64,000 nucleotides of DNA. Source: Octopus sinensis. Its lineage: Eukaryota. Positions 12,062-22,331 of the stretch are shown piece by piece. Below the pieces are notes generated by a model, which saw only the letters and a program-made list of their open reading frames with translations, ran no database searches and was not told the DNA's origin. The position numbers and the translations under genes are program-made. The DNA lies in NCBI RefSeq assembly GCF_006345805.1, contig NC_042998.1, positions 34,596,001 to 34,660,000 of the forward strand. Direction: 5' to 3'. The first letter of the stretch is position 1. Each line of letters starts with the position of its first letter.

Positions 12062-12849
12062 AACAACAAACAAGATGAGGACAAATATAAATCAAATGTA
12101 AATAATATACTCAACTATATTCTTATCATATTTATCTCAGAAATTATCATGATCAGAAATGTTAGATACTAGAAATGGTTATTGATTAAGAGAACATCGT
12201 GTGCCATGAAAGTGACAGTAATGTTCAAATATACAGAGCCTGATATACACATCATGACAACTCATCTGATAAGGGTAAACCAAGCATATGCATCACAGCC
12301 ATATGTGTGTGACATGGTGACTGCATATTAAGATAGTCAATGCATGACCTTGAAGGTAGGGCCCAGTTAGAATTTATCATCATCGTCATCATTATCATCA
12401 GACGAAGCCCATTAAATCTCAAAAGTCTTGCTGCTCCCGCCCATTTGACATAAAACTCATTGAAGGCCAGTGACCTTCCTCTTCAAGTGGTACTTGACAA
12501 AGTTAATAATGGCTTGGACAGAGAAGAATATAAGCTGACAAATTAGCAGAACCATTAGAACATTGGGAGAAAATGCCTTTCTGCATGTGTTCTAGTTCTT
12601 TACATTCCAAGTTCAGCTTTGCATTTATCAATCCTTCTGAGATTGATAAAATGAAGAACCATTTCAATACTGCAGTGGATATAATTCTGTCGTTCTCTCT
12701 GACCTTTGGCCTAAGTTATTAACAATTGTTATTATGTAAGAAATTAAAGGCAGGCAAGCTGGCAGAATTGTTAGCATGTCAGGTGAAATACTTAGCGGTA
12801 ACTGATTTTATCCCTTCCCTGAAATTGCAGGCGTTGTGCCAAAATTGTG

Positions 12850-13395
12850 CCTACTCTAGGCTCAAGGTCCAAAAGTTTTGGGGAGGGGGCCAGTTGGTGA
12901 GATTGACCCCAGTATGCAGCTGGTACTTAATTTATCAACCCCAAAAGGTTGAAAGGCAAAGTCGACCTCAGCAGAATTTGAACTCAGAACATAAAGACAC
13001 AAAATGTCTGCTAAGCATTTTGCCTGGCATGCTAACGTTTCTGCCAGCTTGCCACCTTAGAGTATTCTTTTCTACTCTAGGCACAAGGCCTGAAATTTTC
13101 GGTGAGCGGTGGCATCAACCTGTTAGATCAACTCCAGCACGCAACTGGTACTTAATTTATTGATCCCGGAAGGATGAAAGGCAACATTGACCACAGTGGA
13201 ATTTGAACTCGGAACAGGCAAAATACCCGCTAAGCATTTCACTTGGCATGCTACCATCTCTGCCAGCTCACCACCTTAGAGGATTCTTTTCTACTCTAGG
13301 CACAAGGCCCGAAATTCTTGCGGAGGGGGTGCCAATCGATTAGATCAACCCCAGTACGCAACTGGTACTTAATTTATCAACTCTGAAAGGATGAA
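12850..13395 (-). mobile_element. Tandem array of family B SINEs
   Basis: Units of about 215 nt restarting at ATTCTTTTCTACTCTAGGCACAAGGCC; third unit partial. Confidence 0.8.
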
Positions 13396-13846
13396 TTTTG
13401 AAATCAATATTATAGAAGAATTTATTCTAATAAAATAATGTAAAATAAAAAAATCATCATCATCATCTCATGTTTGTTGAGAGAGATTATGTGTTGATTA
13501 TTGGAAGCATAAGTGTTTCTTTTAATCAGGCTTGAAAATTCAAATATGAAAGAACTTTCCGTAAAATATTGCCAATTTGTAGCATTGACTCTTGTTTTTA
13601 TGTTCAGTTGGCTGAGGATGAATGCGAGTTAAACTTAGAATTCCGACAACTGTTGGCATCTCACTTGTCCTCCTACATATTCGTGAGAGCTCTGACTTCA
13701 GTTCAAAGTAATTATCAATCATCTCAATTTTTTTTCTCTTTTTAACAATCACCAGCAATAACAAAGTTGATTATAGAACACCAGTTTGTTTCTTTATCAA
13801 CAACAAGCATCTCCATTCATTTAGATTTCATGGTTGAGTCTGTTTC

Positions 13847-14350
13847 ATCATCACTATCGTTTAACGTCCGCTTTCCATGCTAGCACGGGTTGGACAGTTC
13901 GACCAGGGTCTGGGAAAACAGGAGGCTGCACCAGGCTCCAGTCTGATCTGGCAATGTTTCTACAGCTGGATGCCCTTCCTAACGCCAACCACTCCATGAG
14001 TGTCGTGGGTGCTTTTTACATGCCACCGGCACAGGTGCCAGGGGAGGCTGACAGCAGCCACGATCGGTTGGTGCTTTTTATGTGCCACCAGCACAGAGGC
14101 CAACCAGGGTGGCGCTGGCATCGGCCACGTTTGGTAGGTGCTTTTTACATGCCACCAGCACAGGTATCACAACTACAATTTCCATTTGATATTTATTTTG
14201 ATGTTGATGTACTTGACTCAATAGGTCTCCTCAAGCACAGCAGGTCATGTGCCACTGGCACAGAAGCCAGTCAAAGTGGAGCTGGCATCAGCCACGTTCG
14301 GATGGTGCTTTTTACATGCCGCCGGCACAGGTATCGTAACTACAATCTGT
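13847..14350 (-). mobile_element. Family C element with internal tandem units
   Basis: Tail CGTTTAACGTCCGCTTTCCATGCTAGCA, core CAGCTGGATGCCCTTCCTAACGCCAACC, repeated GGTGCTTTTTACATGCCACC units. Confidence 0.82.
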
Positions 14351-14671
14351 TTGACTATTAAAATTCCAGAAGAGTTTGACTTGTTTGTTTCCCAGTAATC
14401 TTTCGGTCTTGTGTTGTTACTACTACACAACCTATATTTTCAACACAGATCTCAATAGAGACTGGGGCACTCTTTGTTGTTGCAGCACTCAGTACTGCAC
14501 CCTTGGGGGAAGTGGAATGATCCAGTGGAATGATAATGGGGTGGCCAAAATGGGGTGATATATGTAATAAAAAAATATTCTTGGAGAGTTGTCACCTGAG
14601 CAGTGCAAAGGTGTCATCTGCCAGGAATAGTAGGGAATCACCAACTAATACAGGGCATTCTCCCATACAAC

Positions 14672-14850
14672 TTCTGCTACTATTATGACAATGATGAGGA
14701 CAACAACTACTGCTACTACTACTGTTACTACTACTGCTGCTACTACTACTTCTACAACTACTGCTGCTACTACAACTACTACTTCTACAACTATGACCAC
14801 AATGACAATGATGACCACTACTACTATTACTACTAAAAATACTACTGCTT
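14672..14850. repeat. Imperfect (TAC/CTA)n trinucleotide repeat
   Basis: Direct inspection. Confidence 0.9.
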
Positions 14851-15547
14851 GCTATCTCAAAATGGTAGCATATTTCTTGTTCTCTTTCTAGCAGTGCTTC
14901 ATTCTAAATAATATTCCTATCTCGGCTGGAAGTTACACCTTACTGGGAAAAAAACATTTCTCCACTCTTTATAACATATAAACCTAGATGTCTTCTTTCA
15001 TTCATTATGCATTACTCAACATTAATTAGTCACCTTCACATTTTCGGCCATGGACAGAGACTGCCATATTTTACCGTAATACCTGGCACCATGTTCTGTG
15101 TTTGTCCAATGCTTAATATCTGTACTTAATAATACTACAACTGCAACAGCCCCACTGAATAATCAAATTAATAAGCTTTTGGCGTTAGGAAGGGCATCCA
15201 GCCGTAGAAACATTGCCAGATCAGACTGGGCCTGGTACAGCCTTCTGGCTTCCCAGACCCCAGTTGAACCGTCCAACCCTTGCTAGCATGGAAAGCGGAC
15301 GCTAAACGATGATGATGAATACTCTAATCCTAAAATTCCTTTTAAAATTTTCTGATTATAAAGATATACCCATGCCAGCATGGACAACGGACGTTAAATG
15401 ATAATGATGATGATGATGTAGTTTGTCCAGATGGTCATTTATTTTTATTCCATCCGTGTAATTGTAGTCCATAGCAAGTTATACATTTCCTCCTTTCCAT
15501 TGTTAACTTATCATTTTTTTGAATGCTGAATTCCATAAATTCATTAT

Positions 15548-15580
<33 letters not shown>

Positions 15581-15895
15581 TTCTCTCCCTCTCTCTCTCT
15601 CTCCCCTTGGCAGTTTGAATTTGAGAGTTTCTTTGTATTTTATCTTTAACAAAGTGTTTAAGCGCATCCATTAACAAAAGAGGTACGGAGCAAGGCCATC
15701 CTTTTATTATCAAAATCCAATATTCATTTAGGCCATCGTTAATGAAATTAAATTAATAACGAAACAAAAGGAAGACAAAGAGTCGCCTGAAAATAAGATA
15801 CTTGCTGTTTGCATAGAAATTGATTTCCCACCTTGAAACAAAAAATACACAAGGGGCCAGATCAACAATAGCATACATATTGTGGGATTTAACTA

Positions 15896-16088
15896 TGAAG
15901 GGGTGCCAAAAGTTCCTGGCTTTAAGGGAATTGCGAAAGGCCTTACTGGAAGCCCTACATTTTGAGTTCTTTTATAGGACTTAGAAAAACTGAAGGACCA
16001 CTGAGAGGGGGGAATATGTTAAATAAAATGATAATTAACTGAACCTCCCATACTTACTTTCTTTTACCCAAAACCAGGGACTTTTCAG
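15896..16088. mobile_element. mariner-derived MITE, right end truncated
   Basis: TGAAGGGGTGCCAAAAGTTCCTGGCTTT is partly mirrored by AAACCAGGGACTTTTCAG; preceded by TA. Confidence 0.55.
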
Positions 16089-16246
16089 TAAACCCTTGTA
16101 TGTACCTTTTGGTTTTTGTATTCAAATCTCACCCTGGTTGTCTTTGTCTCAAGTTGCAGTAGTAAATAAGATAAACCCCTTGCGTGCTTGTGATACCTTG
16201 GATTTAAACTTTGACCCGAACATAAATTATTTATGACTTCACTTTC

Positions 16247-16463
16247 TACATTATTTACATTAGATGGATATTTGTCCTCATCTTGTTTGTTGTTAACACA
16301 ACTCTTTGGTTGATATACCCTCCAGCCTTCATCGGGTGTCTTCAGGAAATTTTGAACCTGGGTTCTCATTCCTAAGGTATTTTTCAATGATATTATTATT
16401 ATTTTTAAGGTCACTGCTTGGAATCTTGGGGTTAGTAGCTCATGCTCTTAACCACTATGCCAT
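16247..16463 (-). mobile_element. Palindromic tRNA/hammerhead family, single-arm copy 2
   Basis: Same arm sequence, (TTA)n, and reverse-complement tRNA-like head; hammerhead core mutated. Confidence 0.75.
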
Positions 16464-16529
16464 TTGACCGTGCGTAATTATGGAGTGAATTTTAGGGCTT
16501 ATAAATCTAATATTTTCCTATCCTTTCTT

Positions 16530-16935
16530 AATACCTATTTCTTTACTACCCACAAAGAGCTAAACACAGAGAGAACAAACAAGGACAGACAAACGGATTA
16601 AGTCGATTACATCGACCCCAGTGCGTAACTGGTACTTATTTAATCAACCCTGAAAGGATGAAAGGCAAAGTCGACCTCAACGGAATTTGAACTCAGAAGA
16701 TAACAACAGACGAAATACCTATTTCTTTCCTACCCACAAGGGGACAAACAAGGACAGACAAACGGATTAAGTTGATTACATTGACCTCAGTGCGTAACTG
16801 GTACTTATTTAATCAACCCCGAAAGGATGAAAGGCAAAGTCGACCTCGGCGGAACTTGAACTCAGAACGTAGCAGCAAACGAACTACCTCTAAGCATTTC
16901 GTCCGGCGTGCTACCGACACTGCCAGCTTGCCACC
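16530..16935 (-). mobile_element. SINE family B (tail type 2) with tandem duplication
   Basis: Two successive ACAAACAAGGACAGACAAACGGATTAAG blocks. Confidence 0.8.
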
Positions 16936-18289
16936 TTATCCTTCTTTAATACCAGTTCCCATATGCTATTCATATCTACACTCGGTCTGCTTAGGAAGTT
17001 GTTGTGTTGCATTTTAAATTAAAACCAAAAAAATTTCCTCTGCAACAATCCCAGTCATTCCCATTACGGTCAGGAAAAATCTCGGAACCATTGATATCCT
17101 GGCAATGCATTTCTATGATCTACACTCGGAATGGAAAGATTAATTAGTGTTTTTTTAAATTGCCATTTCTGATTGAGTAACATTATATCTAATTATATCT
17201 AATGGCAGCATCTAACGATGCCATTAGATATAATTAGAAATATAATAAATATTGAGGATTAGAGTCAGTCAATAGGGAACTGGGGATACATGTTTCACAC
17301 ATGTAGCGTTTGTTTATGTATAAATACATTAGGCTGTGTATTATCCAAGGTACATTTGTTTTGTAACGGAATTCAATTCGTTTTTGTTTTTATGTATGCC
17401 ATAATCAACATATTGTTTATAACGCTTACACTTATGGATTTAATAAGCGACACGACCCCCACCCCTCCACCCCACCATTCCCTTATACATTCAGTCATTT
17501 TCCTGTGTGTGGTGGGGAGGGTGAATTTCTAGCTGGAGCAAGATTTGGTCGATAAATGCCATGCAGGTTTAACATGTTGATTAAAAGAATGAAAATCAAA
17601 TTGTGTCCTATCTGCACATTTATATGTCAAAAGGACGAAAGGTCCTTCCCGAGCCATAGGCCCCTACAACCAGTTTCCAGGATTACTCTTTTACTCATTT
17701 CTGTCATTTGACTGTGGCCATCCTGGAGCACAGCTTTTAGTTGAGCAAATTGACCCCAGAACTTATTCTTTGTAAGCCTAGTACTTATTCTATCGGTCTC
17801 TTTTGCCGAACCGCTAAGTTACGGGGATGTAAACACATCAGCATCAGTTGTCAAGTGATGTTGGACACACGCACGCACACACACACACATATATAAGCTG
17901 GCAGTACCAGTTACACACTAGGGTCGATGTAATCGACTTAATCCCTTTGTCTGTCCTTGTTTGTCCCCTCTGTGTTTAGCCCCTTGTGGGTGGTAAAGAA
18001 ATATATATACATGTATACAATGGGCTTCTTTCAGTGTGTCAGTGCCACTTAAATGAGCAGTCTCATGAGAATGTATAACAAAATAGTTTTGCAGTGTTTG
18101 TTTCAGCTTTCTGAGCTGCAGTTTCAAATCCAGCTGAAGCTGGATTTAATGATCCTGCAAACCCACCACCATGAACAGCACTTGCAACATCACTTCATTT
18201 CATGTTGCTCCAGTCCACTCAAAAATGATCAATCCTATGATGGACCAGTGTCTCATCCAGGGGCAGGGATATAGAAACATGGCAAAATA

Positions 18290-18652
18290 GACATAGGAAT
18301 GACTGTATGGTAAGTAGCTTGCTTATGAACCACATGGTTCCGGGTTCAGTCCCACTGCATGGCACCTTGGACAAGTGTCTTCTACTATAGCTCAGGCTGA
18401 CCCAAAGCCTTGTGAGTGGATTTGATAGATCGAAACTGAAAGAAGCCTGTCATATATGTGTGTGTGTGTGTGTTTGTCTCCCACCATCGCTTGACAACCG
18501 ATGCTGGTGTGTTTACGTCCCCGTAACTTAGCAGTTCAGCAAAAGATACTGATAGAATAAGTACTAGGTTTACAAAGAATAAGTCCTGGAGTTGATTTGT
18601 TTGACTAAAGGTGGTGCTCCAGCATGGCCGCAGTCACATGACTGAAACAAAA
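18290..18652 (+). mobile_element. SINE family A
   Basis: Full head-to-tail homology with the other copies. Confidence 0.8.
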
Positions 18653-18817
18653 GAATATATGAATGTGTGAATGTGTGTAACAAAATTTAAGGCCTCACAC
18701 GCAAATCTTTTTGTCCATGTTTGTCCCCCACTGCTGCTTGACAACGAGTATTTGTGTGGTTACATCCCTGTAACTTAGCAGTTCATCAAAAGGGAATGAG
18801 AGAATAAATACCAGACG

Positions 18818-19035
18818 TCGAGCTAGCAGAAACATTAGCACGCTCAGCGAAATACTCAGTGGTATTTCATCTGCCGTTATGTTCTGAGTTCAAATTTCAC
18901 TGAGGTCAGCTTTGCCTTTCATCCTTTCAGGGTCGATAAATTAAGCACTAGTTACGCACTGGGGGGTCAATGTAATCGACTTAATCCCTTTGTCTGTCCT
19001 TGTTTGTCCCCTCTGTGTTTAGCTCCTTGTGGGCA
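18818..19035 (+). mobile_element. SINE family B inserted in a family A tail
   Basis: GAATAAATACCAGA is repeated on both sides. Confidence 0.8.
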
Positions 19036-19593
19036 ATAAAGAAGAAAGAATAAATACCAGATTTAAAAAACAAAAGTCCTGGGGTGGGGGTCAATCTATT
19101 CAACTAAAAATTCTTCAAGGTGGTGACCCAGCATGGCCACAATCTACTGACTGAAACAAGTAAAAGATAAAAGATTAAATTAATAGTTCTATTAGTATAT
19201 TTTTAACCATAACCTTCCTGGCATTGAGTTTGGTTTTGACTCTCATAACACTATTTCTTATTTTTCTCTTTTTCTCCTTCATGTCATATCTTATCAGTTT
19301 CATTTGCTTCAAAATATTTTTCTAATTCCATGATTTGAATGTCTAAATCTTCCTTAATATTTGGAATTTAAATTTACCCCTCTTCTTCGGTAAAGTCGTT
19401 TGATCTTAAACTCTTTGCAATATCTTCACTGAATCCATGTACAGTTTCTAGTAGGTTCTTCAGATGGGTATTGTTTCTTGTACAGAGTCTCAAGTTACAG
19501 GCATTACCAAAGTTACGGAATTCTTGCCATGATGTGGAAATCTGTAACAGAAAACTTAATTTCCTGTTGATTTCCATGATTTAAATTTAGATA

Positions 19594-19988
19594 GGCGTAG
19601 GAGTGGCTGTGTGGTAAGTAGCTTGTTTACCAACCACATGGTTCCGGGATCAATCCCACTGCGTGGCACCTTGGGCAAGTGTCTTCTACTATAGCCTCGG
19701 GCCGACCAAAGCCTTGTGAGTGGATTTGGTAGATGGAAACTGAACGAAGCCTGTCGTATATATGTATATATATATATATGCGTGTCTGTGTTTGTCCCCC
19801 TAGCATTGCTTGACAACCGATGCTGGTGTGTTTATGTCCTCGTTACTTAGCGGTTCGACAAAAGAGACCGATAGAATAAGTACTGGGCTTACAAAAGAAT
19901 AAGTCCTGGGGTCGATTTGCTCGATTAAAGGCGGTGCTCCAGCATGGCCGCAGTCAAATGACTGAAACAAGTAAAAGAGTAAAAGAGA
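19594..19988 (+). mobile_element. SINE family A, best preserved copy
   Basis: tRNA-like head GGCGTAGGAGTGGCTGTGTGGTAAG...GGGATCAATCCC, CORE-like GGCACCTTGGGCAAGTG, (TA)n/(TG)n spacer, 3' stem-loop CAGTC-AAAT-GACTG and (GTAAAAGA)n end. Confidence 0.88.
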
Positions 19989-20332
19989 GAATATGTTTTG
20001 ATAGAATTTTTTCAAAATTTCTCCCCCAACACACACATGACAAAAATAACAAACACACAGCTATGTTTATGCATGAGAATATCAATTTTAAGCATACATG
20101 GTGTAGCATTCTTCTATTCTTTTACTTGTTTCAGTCATTTTGACTGAGGCCATGCTGGAGCACCGCTTTTTAGTCGATATAATCGACCCCTGGACTTATT
20201 CTTTATAAGCCTAGTAATTATTCTGTTGGACCCTTTTGCAAAATCGCTAAGTTACAGGGACATAAACACACCAATATCAGTTGTCAAGTGATGGTGGGAC
20301 AACAAACACAGACACAGAAATACATACGTATA

Positions 20333-20539
20333 CAGGGTGACCCAAAAGTACGGTTATCTCATAGGCACTTGAAATTTCTTTTAAAACATTTTATTACATT
20401 TAAATTTCTATCTTACAAACTGAAAAGGGATCTTGACAAAATTAACTAAATAAGCATAGAATAATAGTTTTTTTATAATTAAGATCTAAACTGTTAATGT
20501 GAAAGAGAATAACTGTAAACCTACTTTTGGGCCACCCTG
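20333..20539. mobile_element. Tc1/mariner MITE
   Basis: TIR CAGGGTGACCCAAAAGTA / TACTTTTGGGCCACCCTG, TA on both sides. Confidence 0.82.
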
Positions 20540-20565
20540 TATGTATGTATATATATATATATATT

Positions 20566-20669
20566 GGCTCGAAACGTAAAAGACTTTTTCTATTCCTGAG
20601 TGTTATACTAATACATCTGTTTGTTTTGTACACCACCTGTCTTCGTCTTTTGTTTTTTTCGTAAACTCT

Positions 20670-20672
<3 letters not shown>
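20566..20672 (+). mobile_element. 5'-truncated second copy of the 7171-7470 element
   Basis: GGCTCGAAACGTAAAAGACTTTTTCTATTC...CGTAAACTCTCCC, homologous to the reverse complement of 7171-7277, with (TA)n on both sides. Confidence 0.75.
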
Positions 20673-20705
<33 letters not shown>

Positions 20706-21226
20706 GGCTTCTTTCAGTTTCCATCTACCAAATCTACTCACAAGGCTTAGGTTGGCCTGAGATTATAGTAGAAGAGTCTTGCCCAAGGTGCCATGCAGTA
20801 CCAGAGTATGCATACATAAGAAAAAAGAAATATCAGGGAATACCTTAGCGAATAAATAAGATAGTAGTGTCATAGTATGATATGAACTCACTGCAAATGG
20901 TGACTGCTGTGTCCTAGATGGTGGTAGTATATGAGTTAGTGGAAGGAAGAGGGTACTCTCTGCTACACTGTTGGTCATTTTCATCAGTATTTGCTGTAGG
21001 GATGATAAACTTCAACAAAGCTATTTGACATTTACAGTGTACCTTCGCTTTCAACTACAGTTACTACACACCCTTTTCAACTGGGTGGACGGGATTAATA
21101 TGAAATAAAGCGTCTTGCCCAAGGACATAGCACACTGCCGGGAATTGAACTCAGGCCCTTATGATTGTGAGCTGAATATTCTAATCACCAAGCCATGTGC
21201 CTTCACCGTAGCAGAAATAATACGAT

Positions 21227-21443
21227 ATTCTTTTCTACTCTAGGCACAAGGACTGAAATTTTGGGGGTGGGTGCCCAGTCTATTAGATCGACCCCAGTAT
21301 GCAACTGGTACTTAGTTTTTCAACCCCCAAAGGATGGAAGGCAAAGTTGACCTCGCCAGAATTTTAACTCAGAACATTAAAACAAATGAAATACAGCTAA
21401 GCATTTCGCCTGGCATGCTAACGATTCTGCCAGCTTGCCGCCA
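21227..21443 (-). mobile_element. SINE family B (tail type 1)
   Basis: Reverse complement of the consensus. Confidence 0.8.
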
Positions 21444-21768
21444 TAGAAAATAGTACAATACTGGACTAACAAGGAAGGAGAGTCTAAATTTAAATACTAC
21501 TGGAATCAGCTTTCTTTCTGGACCCTCTTGAGTCTGTTCTACTGGATTCAATTCCATAAACTTCCATTTATCAATTTAAGGAATTTATGACTATGTGTTA
21601 AATTTTTAAAAAATTCGTTATTTTTTTCAGCTATAAAATACATTGGTTTTATAATTAATTTGGTTTTTAACTTTTCTTTTCTTGGCTGGAATTTTTGGGT
21701 AAGAAATGCATTTCAAAATCCACTAGAACTGGAGTTTTGACATTTCCTTTCTTTTTATTCGTTTACAG

Positions 21769-21858
21769 GGATTTACAAAAATATATCGTCAGTTCTTCCC
21801 ATTTGGTGATCCTAGCAAATTCGCTGCATTTGTCTTCAATGTCTTTGATGAGAATAAG
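21769..21858 (+). CDS. NCS1: Neuronal calcium sensor (NCS-1/frequenin/aplycalcin-like), internal exon [30 protein letters not shown]
   Basis: Pyrimidine tract plus tttacAG acceptor, GTaaga donor, 90 nt, phase 0-0. The peptide matches the NCS-1 family motif [27 protein letters not shown] and supplies the first 4 residues of the EF2 loop. Confidence 0.96.
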
Positions 21859-21931
21859 GTAAGAAAAGTTATTCATTTCTCTGACAGTTTTTTGAATTTT
21901 ACCTGCAAAAATTTATTCAGTTTTCTTAATA

Positions 21932-22331
21932 CAGTTCTATATTTAAAAGATGAGGAATTATGTACGTTATTTACATTTGACGGATATTAATGTTTCGGCT
22001 GATATACCCTCCAGCCTTCATCAGGTGTCTTGGCAAATTTCAAACTTGGGTTCTCATTCCTGAGGTATTTTTCAATGTTATTGTTATGTCTATGGGGAAT
22101 ATGGCATAGTGGTTAAGAGCGCAGGCTACTAACCCCAGGATTCCGAATTTCATTCAAGGCAGTGACCTGAATAATAATAATAATAATAATAACATTGAAA
22201 AATACCTTAGGAATGAGAACACACGTTTGAAATTTCCCCACCTGATGAAGGCTGGAGGGTATATAAGATGAAACGCTGTGTTAACAACAAACAAGATGAG
22301 GACAAATATCCATCAAATGTAAATAATATAA
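21932..22331. mobile_element. Palindromic tRNA/hammerhead family, copy 3
   Basis: Both arms, tRNA-like head and (AAT)n present; starts about 74 nt after the 21858 splice donor. Confidence 0.8.

Larger units (their letters stand above)
11653..12107. mobile_element. Palindromic tRNA-head/hammerhead element (Penelope-related, non-autonomous), copy 1
   Basis: Inverted arms of about 170 nt, central hairpin CCATATGCC-CACA-GGCATATGG, tRNA-like A/B boxes (TGGTGTAGTGG, GTTCGATTCC), (AAT)n, and a hammerhead core in each arm. Confidence 0.8.
20118..20800 (-). mobile_element. SINE family A interrupted by a Tc1 MITE and a Penelope-like fragment
   Basis: Tail half at 20118-20330 and middle part at 20702-20800. 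Confidence 0.75.

Noticed and set aside
12850-13395. Regularly spaced repeats suggesting a CRISPR array
   Set aside because: Units are whole 215-nt SINE copies without unique spacers; eukaryotic context and no cas genes.
13834-14361. 175-aa ORF, and similar ORFs at 12726-13163, 26242-26613 and 38898-39488
   Set aside because: They lie wholly in SINE family B or C copies and show no protein-family motifs.
15420-15460. TGT CCA GAT GGT (CPDG) as the missing NCS-1 KDCPDG exon
   Set aside because: Upstream codons read DDVV from a (GAT)n SINE tail rather than KGFxKD, and there are no suitable splice sites.
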